From: Podarcis filfolensis
Lineage: Eukaryota
Reading direction: 5' to 3' (one strand)
NCBI GenBank assembly: GCA_964270895.1
Contig: OZ185450.1
Length of the DNA stretch: 64,000 nucleotides
In this document: positions 49,120-62,547 of the stretch, in pieces
Layout of the letters: every line of letters begins with the position of its first letter
Numbering within the stretch: the first letter of the stretch is position 1
Notes under the pieces: generated by a model
Databases searched by the model: none
What the model saw: only the letters and a program-made list of their open reading frames with translations
Told to the model about the DNA's origin: nothing
Program-made: the position numbers and the translations under genes

Positions 49120-52100
49120 CCCTTCACACATTCAGTGAAAGCATGAGATTGCACACACTGCCTCCAGTCCCTCAGCTTCAGTGTGTTCAGCAAGGCATCT
49201 GAAAGAGACTGCTCTGTACATAGAAGCCCCTTTCAGACCTTTGGTTGGTGGAGACAGTATATGTGCAGAGGACAAGGTTCAGGGTGCCACCCTGCTCTCC
49301 CACTTCATGTAGTCACAGTGGAAGATGGAATGAGCAAAAGGCATTGCTGAGTTTGCTGGCGAGAAATGTTTCTTTGCAGGTAGATATGGTAGAAGGAGAC
49401 ACAGATTTCCCCCTGATATCTTTGATGGGTCATGTGACATCTGGCTGGTCATTTAGGATAGTTGCCCACTGCCTAATCCTATTGATGCATTCATAGATCT
49501 GCTACAACATCCTATTGCTAGGCCAGCAACCTGTCATCTGTTTGGTACATATGACGAGCTGATAATTGGTGCTTCATGTTTTTTGGTTTTGTGCTGGCAA
49601 CATTGTCATTGTACATCCTTGCTGAGGTGCAGAGGGTGGCACTTGGAACTGACCTACCATGCCCTCACCCCCAACTTCTATCTACATCCAAGCAGTGCAA
49701 AGCCTTGTACAGTGTGACTTCAATGCGGCTTTCTTCAGCACTTTTCAGAGCTCATAAATCAGCGCCACAACTTGTTTGCCTGACTTGAGGGCTTTGCACT
49801 TAACCATTTTCTCCTTTCTACCTCAGAAGGGAAAGCATAAAATTGGGGCCCGAGACTCCTCTCGCTCTGTCTGTTTATATGCATCTTGAGATATAAGGGG
49901 CAGAGAGCGCTGGGAGAAAAACGATCTGCTAGCAGTAATCACAGTGAACCCTGGAAGCCAACAAAGGGTCCAGAGAGTTCTCCTTGAAATTTCCCAATCA
50001 ATCATCTGGAAATGATATTCTGCCCAGTGCATCTCCCAGCAGGCTGCCAGGAGTCACCTCTGTCTAGCTGATACTTGTAAGATGGTCGTGTTACATCTGT
50101 ATGTAGAATTCTACCCATTTAGGAAATGAAATAGACTTTCAGCTTATTTCCTTGGCCAAGAAAGCTGAGGACTGAACCATCATTAGCTAAATTAAACATG
50201 GTGAAGAAGCTTGAATCTCAGGCAGCCCGACATACTCTCAAAAGTTGCTTTAGGAATAAAAAGTGCAAGGAGAGAGGAATTTCTTCCAGCTACGCTTGAA
50301 GAATATACTTGCAATGAGAGTGAGAGAAAGAGATTAGAAAAAAGTTTATTCTGCATCCATTATGTCCAGGATTCACTCTGGCACTTCTTCCCAATATTGC
50401 ACAGGGTCAGGGCTTGTGATCTGGAGATGCTGCCAAAATGAAATTGGGCAAGGAGAAGGCTAATCAGACTAGATGAAGCATGGCAAGGATGTTCAAGCTA
50501 CCAGAAGCTTCATCTGCTCCCTAGAGACAAGTCTCTGTGACTACAGTAGAAAGTCAAGCCAGAGTCTGTTTGAGGCTTTATAGGGCAGGTAAAATCCCAT
50601 TGGCCATTTTTATCACCTGACAGCTGATGAGTAAGGACCTTTTTCCTGCCAGCTGCACTGACAACACACAACTACATAATATGCCAGGAGAACAACTCCC
50701 TCTTCTGGAAAGTGCAGTGGCTAAAGGTGTTAAGAATCTCAGTTCAAGACATCTGGGCACTATTCATACAACTTTTCTAAATTGTCTTTTTTAAAAAAAT
50801 ACATATGGGTATGTATTAACTTTTACGAGCCACCATAGGGGCCTTTTTTTGCTGAAAGTTAGCACCGAAGTGAACATAATCCCCTTCTCTCCCTGCCCCC
50901 CTTTGTAGTGACAGTTCTATCCTTGAGAAGTCAGGATTGTAAGTCCTTGCTCTGTGGATTATTTCCATCTCTGCGCCATTGAACAGTAGAAGGTTGATGT
51001 TTGTTTCTTGTAGCTAAGTTGAGCAGCGGTGATGAACAGATTAGATGCCCAAGATTGCAGAATGGAGATCAAAGCACAGCATGCAGTTAATAAGCCCACA
51101 TCACTCACAAATATGAGCGTTAGCATATATGATTACATGTTATGAGTGTTTTGCTGCCCATTTTCATTCCCCCTGCAAAAAACCCCCAAGATAGCTAATT
51201 GTTGCAGTTATCATATTATATTCTCAAAGTGCCCTGCCAAACAGATTGCAATTCCATCTGATGGGACTTGTGCTGTCGCTTCTGTAACACTTTAAAATGC
51301 TCCATCACAGGCTTGTTCTGTACACTCCTGTACACACCGTATGTGCATGGCATCTTTTACCAGAACACAATCCAGGGAAGTCTTGTCCAACTCCTATTAG
51401 CTGGGAGAACACAGCAAATGATTGCATGCAACAGATGGATCCTCTGTAGGAAAATGGCCACGCTGAATCTGAAAATAAGCAAGCAGTGGTACTCAGTGGC
51501 ACTAAGTCACATTGTGATTCACTCACCTGCCCTTGAGGAATATCTGTCCAAGGTTATCCTCACAGGTATTTAGGAGGCAAGTGAAACATTTGCTGTTTAT
51601 GCCATCTCTTTCCTTTGCTGTGTGAATTGAAACTGAACCCCTTAGGGTTTTGTGTGTTGCTCTTTGTGTTTTATCCCTTGCCATGTTTTCCTGGAGCCAG
51701 AGTTTGATCTGGAAAGGTGGATGATGAATTTAACAATAATGATGATATGTCCACAAGGCACAAGTATCAGCTGCTGTGTCTTGGTGCTGGGAGACAGCCT
51801 GCACATGGAGCAGGGCTATGCTGCTGCCTCGGTTGGTGTATTTGCAGGTGCCATTAAGGGCATTAGAGCAGGAGATGGCCAGATCTGTTTCATGCAATGC
51901 ATCCACACTGAGAGAGCTCATCCAGACTTCATTTCCTGCCACATTTCTAGAAACAGGTCTGTACTTTAAAGTGCCATGTCCAAGCCCCCCCCCTTGCCCA
52001 GTTACTTTCCTTGCCATAACCTGCTCTTTACCGCTGAATCAGAGCAAACAGCAGTCTGCAGAAAACCTGAATTGCCATTTGTTCTGATACAGCGTTAAAG

Positions 52101-54795
52101 AGTGGGTTTTCTCAGGGAAAGTGTTGGGGCCTGTACCTAGAAAGCATGGGGCAAAATGCAGATGTGGATGAGCCATTACTTCTCCTGCACATGCCTCATT
52201 TAAATGAATAGGAGCTGTGCTAGAATAGAGAACCGTAGGGAAAAGCCTTATTCCAAAATGCACAATCTATGTAACACCATAGCCCCAACTAGCTCAGTGT
52301 TGTCTGCAAGAACTAGCAGTGGGTTCTCCAAGGTTTCAGATGGGACGGGGTTTTTCCAGCCCTACCTGGAAATGTTGGGGATTAAATTTGTGCCTTTCCA
52401 CTTGTATGCCTTGCCACTGAGCTACATGCTGCACCTCCTAAATGCCTGTTGAAATGAAACTTGCCCAGGAGGACTTCCTGATGGATTGTGCCCCATGCCA
52501 GTTAAGGGTATGAACCTTTTAGATTTTCTGTCTCATTTTCCAAAACGTTGGCCAACTCCAAACCTGACACCAGTTCTGTAAGCATTGGTTAAATGTTTGT
52601 GGCAGTAAATTGCGGGAAGAGTGGGCGAGGATTGACAGTTTATCCTGTTGTCTCGTTGCTTGCCACAAAAGAAGATCAGCTCCTCAGCAACTCTCACATT
52701 GATTTTCTTTCTAAAATAAAGGCAGAAGCAGATCTTTGAGGATGTGTGATGAGGTCCAGGAGCTTCAGAATAACTGTTCTTTTGGGAATGAGTTCTTGGA
52801 ATCAGGTTGGGTTCTCTGAGTTATTGTCTGGTTGAAAAAAAGCTTCTGAATTCCACAAAGGAATTGTGTCGGCGCCTCTCCATTTCACAGAATCTGATTG
52901 ATGAATAGTTAAAAATCCCTGCAGAACAGAGACTAGTCAGTGGATTTAGTTTTGTTGCATCTACTAACCCTGCTGGGAAATGCTTTGCTGCTATCTCATG
53001 TGTCCGCTTTATTTCAGTGTTGCACCTTGCATTTCCCCTTATTTCTTATTTCCAAAGATGTACATTTTCAGTACTCAGCAGCTACCGTTCAGGGAGTATG
53101 AAATGTGTTTCCGTGTCAACGAAAACAACATAGAAATTGCTCATGGAAATGTTGGGTTAAGCAGGGGCAGTCAGCTAAACTGATGGATAAACACTTGATT
53201 ATTTGCCCCTGGAAAGTTTCTTCATCTTTATCCCTGGCTGTCCAGTCTGAACCTGTGTATTTTCCCTTTACGCTACCACACATGCAGTTCCTGACAGTAA
53301 GTCCTTTGGTATTGGTGTTGCAGATGTAGGAGGTCTGCCTCTGATACCACTTCGGACAAACATATCTTTGAGACTGACCATTCAGATGCTGGCACTATTA
53401 CTCTTGTGTCACTAGTCTCTCAGTCTAGTAGACTTAGTTGGGTGCTTTTAGCAACTGCAGTACCAGTTGGCCTGAACCCCCTAGCCAGTTGAACCCCCAA
53501 CAGCCAGCCTGGGCCAATTAGTCCCTATATAAAGCCCTAGTTCAAGAGCTTCTTCAGGCCAAGTGAGTTGTTTCTCGCAGGTGGATACTGCCTGAGCTTT
53601 TTCTCTTATTCCCTGAATTCCTTTGTTTGTGAATCTGCTTGTATTCATGTTTACTCCCACAGAACTTGGCCTTCCTGCTTTGTTCCTTATTTCTGACAAA
53701 GCCGTGTGCAGTTGGCCTATGTAGTTATGGATCTTTAACCAGTGCCATGTGCAGAATCTACAGAAAAAAATGGCTTCTGTGGTACTTCAGTAATGTATAA
53801 AGGAAGGACACTCTAGAAGCAGCTGCTACCCTCATGTTGCTGGAACAGGGACAATATTGACCCACCTGGACAAATTGGTTATCCATCATGTAGTTTTCTC
53901 ACAGTATAATGAACACATTGCAGCCAGCAGTTTTGTGTCTCTCATTCCCCATCCCCACTGAGTGCTCTTTCTTTGTCTGTCTGTCTCTGTCTCTGCCCCT
54001 CAGCCTTCCTTCATCTGAAGAGAATGCAAATATTGGATTTAGTAAGATTGACTAGTGTCAACCTGTGATTAATCTCTGGATGAATTATTTGCATAGCTCT
54101 GGATCCAGGCAGCAAGGGGAGATGGTGTGCTAGAGAAGGAGCCCCTCCCCTAACCAAAAGAAGAAGCAAATATTGGTTCATTGGTGCTGGAGCTGAAAAG
54201 CAAGAAATTGTGGAAGAGGAATTTGAGCTTGTTGCATGTACTCATAGTAGCATCCCCCAGGGAGTGTTTAGAGTAAAGAGTGATTAATAACAATAACAGG
54301 GAATCTAAAAGGCTTTTTAGTGGTATGTTATGTGCTGTGTTTTTCAATTGTGGTGGTAAAATAATACAGTGACTATCATATTAGGCATTGATTATCATGC
54401 CATATATATGTGCATTTTTCAGCTTGAATATTGCTTCGCTGTTCTTCCATTCTGAGAGGATATTTCTGTTCAAACTTTCATCATTCTTTCTTTTCTTTTA
54501 TCATTAAAGTAAAATCCAATGTTTTCTTTTTTACAAATTGTTCTGTCTTATGACCTGGAGGATTCTATAGTGCTTGTGAGTAACCCAGTCTTTCTTCCTA
54601 CTAACAGGCCATAATGTAGGCCTGTAAGGGACAATGGTTTCTTCCAAACATAGGTTAGGGTATAACCCAACTCATCTGAGCTCCCTTTATTGTGCACACA
54701 TGCTGGGGTGAGGCAGGACAGGGGGCTATGGATATGAAAGGCTTTCACATAGACTTTCCCAGGACCTACTGCAGTGTATACATTTATTATTTGTA

Positions 54796-55037
54796 CAGTG
54801 GTACCTCAGGTTACATACGCTTCAGGTTACATACGCTTCAGGTTACAGACTCCGTTAACCCAAAAATAGTACCTCGGGTTAAGAACTTTGCTTCAGGGTG
54901 AGAACAGAAATCATGCTCTGGTGGCGCAGCGGCAGCAGGAAGCCCCATTAGCTAATGTGGTGCTTCAGGTTAAGAACAGTTTCAGGTTAAGAACGGACCT
55001 CCGGAACGAATTAAGTACTTAACCCGAAGTACCACTG
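54796..55037. mobile_element. 242-bp pogo/Tigger-like MITE, copy 4
   Basis: Same TIR with one substitution at each end, TA TSD, same orientation as copy 3. Confidence 0.92.
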
Positions 55038-57339
55038 TATTTGTATTTCTCATGGCCCACCTTAGCAATTCAGATAGTGGTCATGGTCACATGTCTTGGT
55101 AACCCATTAACCATGGCCTGTGGTGCACAAACCAGTTCAGCCCTTTTCATTCATCTGCTCAACCCAGTTGTTTCACTACCAACATGCCACAGTCTGTAGC
55201 CAAGGTTTGTTTTTGGCTAACTGATTGTGCTGCAGTCAAGTGAAACAAACCATGACCTTGGTTCACATGTAACACTGGTGGAGAGCAAACCAATGACCCA
55301 GATAGGCATATTCATGGTAAAGCTTCAGCTGTGGCTTACTGTGGCATGTGAATTGCTTCTGTGTCATCAACGCATATGGATGATTTTTCTGCCTGAGCTG
55401 TATTCTGAAAATGAGTATGAAGCCATATTAGGACAAATACCAGGGAACCTGGGTTGGAGGTGAAATATTTAATATCATATAAATCAGAATAGATCCATTG
55501 CTGGAGACCCATCAGGCTTGGCATTTTCTTCACATTCTCCTTACCGAGCCAAGTTTCCATTCTATTAAAAAACTCTCCTTGCTAAAATGTCAATGGGTTC
55601 AACATAACATCTTCCTCACTCCGTGCCACATGGCAAGTTTCCTGTAAAATACTATCCTAATACATTAGACGGGGGAGAGATTTTTTTTTATTAATGTCAC
55701 CTTCTAAGATTTATGGCTCCCCAGACCACATCTCCTCGTTTCAGCCTGTGAAATGTCTTTTGGAGCAGTTGTGTAATATTTAATATACTTTCACAATTTT
55801 GGTGATAAAATGTTTAGTGATGAGGCAGAAGGAAAGAAGCAGGGAAATGGTTTCCGTTGCTTCATAAAATTGGCAAAGGAAGAAGGACGGCATTAGCGCC
55901 CCCCCCCGGCAACCACTGCCTTGAAAATTTAATTTCAACATACTGGTTAGCTAGTAAATGGGGATACACTGGATAGAGGGAAGAAATAAACAGGGAACAC
56001 TTATCACTTACTGATTCTGCAAGCTCTATACATTCAGGAAACAATGGGGTGGACTTTGAGGCACTCTCCCCCCCCCCCATTCATCCTAAGGTAGCCACTT
56101 ATTACAGGGCCCAATGTAACACACACACAACACACAACTCCAGACTTGTGACCAAGGAGGATCCCATCAGATCCGATAGCTAAGCAAAGTCTCAGCTTTT
56201 CTGTGAGGCTCCTGGTTCAAGGGTGTTTGAGTCTGAATGGCTGTTATGGCTTTACCAGCTAAAAAAGGCTATTTTGAAAGCCTCTCATTCTTCCAGTCTG
56301 GTTACATTTTGGGGGTTGATGTAGCTTATAGCCTTGTACCATCTTATTCCTGTTTTGATTTCCAGCACCCTCTTTTATAGCATTTCAAATAGAGGATTAT
56401 TTTTGCCTATGAGCCATGCATAGATGTGGCATTAATTAAGCATGCCGTCTTCCTTTGTATGTCTTTTTGTGCTTGATTTTCAATAAAGAGGTTGGGTTTT
56501 TTCATGCTTGTGTAGTTTGGATTGTTGGTGGCATTGGAAAGGATCATTAGTAGTTGTCCTGGAAGTCCACTAAGTTGGGGCAGAAGGGGAACCAGTCTTC
56601 GTTTATTTTGCCGAAGGAAGACACAAAGCTTTAAAAGCTGGAATATGATTATACATGTAATAAAAGATTAGAATGTCCCAGCCTCCTTTAGGAGGAAGGG
56701 TGGTTTACAAATTAAATACATAAAAATATATAAGAAGACCTGAATTTGACAATGCGTGAAAACCCATCCAGCACATTTGAAATGATACACCTTCTTTATT
56801 TGGGTTAACGGTAAAAAGTAAATAGTTTTGACTTTGAAACAGAGTAAAAATGTGAAGCAAATCATGCTGTAATCAAATATGCTAATTAAATATGTGACCT
56901 TTCAGGCTCCATTTAATGCCCCATTGGCACTGCTTGTGGGGGTAAGCTAGCTTTTGTTGTGTCATTGATGTCTGTAGACTTGTCCTCAGGTGGGTAGAGC
57001 TCTGTCTAGTGATGAAAAGCAAAACTTCTGCTCCAAATAAAACATTAGCAGGTTATCCAGTAGAACTCAGTTTTCAGTGATTTTCCTTCACCCAAATGGT
57101 GTGCTTAATTGACTGAGGTTAGAGACTCATGGTTCACACTTCTTTGTTCCTTTCTTCTTTATTATAGTATCTTGTCTTGTGCTTTTCTTTTAAAAAATAT
57201 TGTTTCATTTTTTCCCTATGTGTACTTGTGAATCAATATTTCAGTTGCCTTCCATTTTGTGTTAAGTCCAATTTTCCTGTATAATTTACCCCCCCTCCCT
57301 TTGCCTCCCCTCTCGCTTAACTAGGAATGGGTCCACAAA

Positions 57340-57790
57340 GTGGTGGCCCTAGCTGTTAGGGCTAGATATACAGTTTCAACTACTGCAAGAACTACCCTGC
57401 CATGTCTGGAAGGTCTCTTGGGTAATACTTCCCAGAAGCCAACTCTTCTTTGGAAGCCACTACTGAAGGTCTCCCATGCGGCTTCCTTTTTAGTTCATGC
57501 TTCCCTCGATATGGTTCCATTCTAGACTCATTCCTTGGTGACTAGTGTATTTGTATGATGGTCTCTGTGGTTAAAGCATCATGCTCTACAGGTTCAGTTT
57601 GGCAATGGAACCATTAGTTGGCAGCCAGCTTTTTGGAGATGCCACCTTGAAGGATGTCCTTGTAGAGTCTAATGACAAGAAGAAAGCTATGCTGAAGAAA
57701 GAAGAGAAGACATGCACTTGTAGGAGACCTTTCCACCCCCTATCACTCAGCTCAGTCTTTTCGTTCTTCCAAGAGTTCTTTCAGAGGCAG
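57340..57790 (+). pseudogene. Decayed DIRS-type retrotransposon gag (ORF1) fragment
   Basis: Across stops and frameshifts: LALAVRA-like start, AASFLVHASLDMVPF, SLWLKH, GSQLFGDATLKDVLVESNDKKKAM, RPFH..SFRSSKSSFRGR. This recalls the vertebrate DIRS gag motif series AFLADASLD / RRSLWL / KLFG..L...L / SFRGR. Assignment is from memory. Confidence 0.6.
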
Positions 57791-59466
57791 AGATTTTTCA
57801 GACCTCCAATCTCCCCTGGGCTTGCCAGTGCAGAGGAACAAGGCCCCAGTATCAATTAATTTTTAGAGACTTTTACTATATCAAAGATATTGATGGATCT
57901 TAAACTGAGACTTATACAACAGCAAATAATATTTATAATCTATTGGACTCCACTATGTTTGTCATATCCACATTCAACTGACAGAAGAGGTTTGCCATTC
58001 GTTTCTTTACTGGGCAGAGAGTCACCTGGATTTGATTTCAGTGAAGTACATGTAGGTCCTGCAATTGTGAACTTAATCCATTTCTGAGAAACGGTTTGTA
58101 AAGTGAGTATTTGCATTGCAAGACAATGATTTCCATTGTTTCCCATGGGAAAATTGGGGAAAATTCCAAAGTGTTCTCAACCAAGAAGAAATTAATTGAT
58201 TGCCTTTTTTCAACATCAGTCTTCTATGAATTAGTTTTGTTTGAAACAGTTGCTTCAAGGGCTTGGTCTTGCTCACAGATTCAGAGGCATCAGCATTATT
58301 AGTTCATTATTCTAAAAGTGTAGAGGATTGAACATGGCTAGAACAGACCCCTGCCCCTTCCATCTATGCACTTGCACCTTCATAATTTGACCTCCAAGGC
58401 AGCAGCTTTTCAGCCAATCTGTATCCCCCAACCTTATATTTTTTGGTAAAGAATGTTAGAGTTCCAGGATGCTTCTGTAGACAGAAATAGATTTATTGCA
58501 GCTTCAACTGCGTTGATGGTTTTGCTCTCAGAAATATCCTGTCAACTGCAGCTGTGCCGAAGTCTCGTTTAGATGGTTTAAATGGAATTTGTCTTTTCGT
58601 TCTCTCTCACTCTCTCTTGGGGACCCATTTTGGAGCTGTTGAGACAGAAAGCAGCTTCTCAAAATGATTCATCTTGCACTGACCCTTCTTTTGAAATCTC
58701 TATAGCCTGCATAGTCTGAGCTAGGAGAAAGCAGCCATTTATTGGCGTAGATTTAGCAATTCTCTGCCCCACCCCCCAGTGACATCCTGCTGCAACAGGC
58801 AAGGATGGTGAGCAGGGAAGATGCACCCGGGTGAAGGAAGCGGTAAACAAACATTTTATTTCTGCCTTGGTTCTCTCTGCAGTCCCAGTGTTGTTAAGCA
58901 AAGAGTCCACCACATTAGCATATTATTTTATTCAGGCTTACGTCCCTCTCTTTCCATTATATCATTGCCTTGCCTTTTGTTCAAGCTAAGACTTGTGGTT
59001 TGTTGTTGTTATAGTGCTGAATTTTGGAGAATTAAAGCTGTGGCAATAAATAATGTTCCTCTAGATAATAAATGGCTGAATCAGAATCTTAGAGTTGGAG
59101 GGGTCTTTGTAGGCCATCTAATCCAATTTCTGTTTGATAAAGCTAATACGGAACTAGAACACCTCAAAAGGGATGTTAGTTAAAATGGGAAGACCTCTCC
59201 CACTCTATGGGCCCAGTTCATGTCTGCATTGTGCTGTGAAGGGGCACCACTCTCCTAGTACAGACTTGACACTGATGCTTGAACAAGATTCATTTGAATA
59301 CTTGGATAGCAATGCCATCGCCCTTGACAGGCTACTCTGTTATCCAAACAGACCTGCAAAAGGTTTGGACAATATAGATTTTTGTAACAGTAACATGTAT
59401 TGCTCTTCTGAACTGCAGGGATGGGAGTCAGTTTTGGCTTGGAAACAGTTGGCTTGCACCGTCATA

Positions 59467-59480
59467 TCTCTCTCTCTCGC

Positions 59481-59520
<40 letters not shown>
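59467..59520. repeat. (TC)n plus (TTTC)n compound microsatellite
   Basis: Read directly from the sequence. Confidence 0.95.
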
Positions 59521-60819
59521 TTGTAGTATGCCTTTGCAAAACCATAGACTGAAGTCAGGCCTAACATGTCCCAGAACCATCCCCCTTAATTATGCAAAGG
59601 ATAGCTTCAGCCAAAACCCTTATAACTCTATGGTCTTCTTTCCATGTAATAAAACATTATGAATGATCTCTGGGTACATGTAGTCTAATATGAGTAATAA
59701 TTAGATATTTGACCTGCTCACCTATGATGAGTAAGAACCACACCCTGTTGAGATGATTATGGCAAAATGTACTTACACTTCATTAACCCACTAGCTAATG
59801 AGCGCCACTGTGCTACCCAAGGAGCCTTCTCAAAACATATAGAGCCAGTACTGAGAATATGCATGCTTCTTCCTTCAAACCCCACTCCCATTTCCAAGCC
59901 CTAAATGAAGCACAAAGCTCATGCTGGCTTGCCTTCTTTCTTTAAATTAACGATTAAAAGCTGGATTATTATTTTTTTAAAAAACTAACTTTATCAAATT
60001 CTTGTTTCTTCACAAAAGCAAAGTTGCATGGTTTGTGTACTGTGATAGCAGCTGGCCCTGACATTTTGCTTGCGATAAGTGCCAGATACCAGAATTACAA
60101 CTTGATGTTTTGAGGAGAGAGACAAGTGCCAAAATCTAGAACCAATGATTAAATGATCGGTTGAGAGGGTCATTGTTCATGCGACATGACATCGTCTTCG
60201 CTCTTCATGAACCACTCCAGTATACACATTTCATCCTCCGTAATGAGAACTTCAAAACTAATCACAGTAGGGAGATTAAATAACTATTTTTAAACAAAAT
60301 AGAACAAAACGATTCCTTCATCTGAAAAGCTCTTCAGATGAAAGTTGGTTTTACACTTGAAAAATAAATATAATCAAATTAATGGACTAGAGCCAAGCTG
60401 TTTGTGAATTGTGCCATTCATGCATTCTGCAGATGTTATAAGAGAAAGTGAGGTGAAACAGCAGTAGAGGGTTCCCCACACCTATTGTACTTATTAGCTG
60501 AAAGAGTATATTTACATAGCCAATTATTTTTTTTTGGGGTGGGGTGGGGTGGAGAATAGAATAAGCCCAGAGCTTAAACAGCCCCAGTTATGCAGGGGCT
60601 CTGTTCCTTGTTAGCTTGCTTGCTTCTACGCCTTATTCATGCTATCTCTCTTGTTGAGGCCCAGAGTTGAAGAAAGCCAAATAATTCATTCATGATTACT
60701 GATGGCATAAGCAAGCAAATCACTCTTTTTGCAGATGGCTTTTGATTTATGGATTTGCATCATGATTCAAACTAGAAGTGATGGAGGCAGCCCCATCTAC
60801 ATGTATTAAGTCAGACCAC

Positions 60820-60940
60820 TTAACTGTCTTCTGAGCTTTCAGGGTTTCAGGCAGAGGTCTTCCAAATCTCAGCTCAGGTGGAGATGCCAGGGATTAAATC
60901 TGGGACCTTCTGCATGCAAAGCATGTTCTCTGTTACTGAG
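60820..60940 (-). mobile_element. Representative copy of an old, diverged tRNA-headed SINE family (other fragments near 14200-14301, 17050-17130, 20740-20900, 23130-23300, 52310-52430)
   Basis: Recurrent B-box-like motif GGGATT(A/G)AA.CTGGGACCTTCTGCATGCAAAGC on either strand. Boundaries approximate and family name not assigned. Confidence 0.5.
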
Positions 60941-61372
60941 TTCTGGGTGTGTGAGTAGGAGGTGTTAAGCCCTCTGTCACCCACCTTATCCTCCTATCAC
61001 ACTCTAACTCATGTTCCCCTCCAACCTGGAATAGACTGGAAGAATGAGCTGAGCTTGTATAAGTGTCTGGAACAATAGTCTTTGAGAACGGACCACTAGG
61101 CACCGTTTGTAGTGAAAACTGGAGCTTGCAAATTTCCTTGCTTTGTATACGAATGGAGCAGATTTGTGAATAGCAGAAATGGCTGCCCACGTCATTTCCC
61201 CATTTGCTTCATATAGATATTGGTGTAAGGTAACCTTTTCCATCCTGGTGCTTTGGCCTACAACTCAACCCCAACCACTATGGGGTGGGTGAGAATTTCT
61301 AAGGGGAAATTCTCTCCAAACGGCCAATGTATGTGAGAGCATATGCCAGCTGAATAATAAGTAATGGAAAAC

Positions 61373-61377
<5 letters not shown>

Positions 61378-61414
<37 letters not shown>
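61378..61414. repeat. (GT)n microsatellite
   Basis: Read directly from the sequence. Confidence 0.95.
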
Positions 61415-61417
<3 letters not shown>

Positions 61418-62547
61418 CACATATTGCAAGATACTTCTTTAGCCTGTAACAGCTTATAGAATCCTGGGGGAGGTCATGACAGGATTACAGGAACCCTGAA
61501 CAGGGACAGTTCTGTTAGAGGTGGTACATTGCAACATTTCATTGTAGGTCCTAACTCAAAGGCATCCCATCTGAATGAGATATTTTGAAATTCTTGCTGA
61601 AGTTTTTTCTTCTTAATGCACCTTGAGTTTGTATCACTCCTGTTGCTGCTGCTGCTGCTGCTGTCATATGAAGGCTTACATGCCACTAAATATGAAAGAT
61701 TAATTTGAAACTTAAATAGAATATTGATTATTGGGCCCTTTTGCTGTTGGCAGGAAGCAGCCCTGGTTACAAAGTGAGTCTATTAAAAGCTATAAAACTC
61801 AGTGCAAATGAGTGCGCTGCAAATCTCAGCATGTGGGAGGTGTTGGAATATCCACAAAATACCTAAGTCCTCTTGACACCGGAGGTGCAGAAAATGCTTC
61901 TAAAGACCAACAATAAAGTGTTTGGGAAGAGTGCAGAAACTGAAGTGATATGAAATATGATCAATGATCTGGGAGGGCGGTTGCTGCTAAGTAAGTAATT
62001 GATTCCTGTGCATAGTTAAATGCAGCAGGCTGGGTTGTTCTGTCAGAGTCAGGCTTCCAATATGCTGCATGGGGGGGGGGGGGTTAGGTTTCTTTTTCGC
62101 ATGCCCCACCACACATCCTGTTAATTAAGGATACCTATAAAAAGGAGTTGCATATCATCCATAAAGAAAGAAACAAGTGAAGGAGGAAATGTTATTGGTG
62201 GGCATTTTAAAAAAAAATGTTAATGGTGGCAGTTTAACGGAACAGCCCTTCCACAAGAAGTAGCAAAGCCAGTTGCCAGGGACTTGGAATGTCAGTTTCA
62301 GATAGGACTGTTTTGGTTATCCGTTTCAGAGGATTGATTATTTGGTCTGGAGAAATGTATTTGCACCCAGTAGACTTCCTTGGATGAGGCTGATTTTCCT
62401 GAGTCCATTTCATTTGGGATGTAGGTCCAGTTCTGGCACTGAAACCGCATTGGTTGCCCTGTGAAATAAGCTCTGGCAGGAGAATGGCAGAGCACAGTTC
62501 TATCAACTCTCTTCTACCTCTCACTGGCTTTCAATATCAATAGCCAG

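Noticed and set aside
56115-56625. LTR-like segment starting TGTAAC with AATAAA and ending ACACA
   Set aside because: No matching TSD and no second copy in the window.
60317-60342. Perfect 10-bp hairpin TTCATCTGAA / TTCAGATGAA
   Set aside because: Short and AT-rich, so likely by chance in 64 kb. No box or terminator context.
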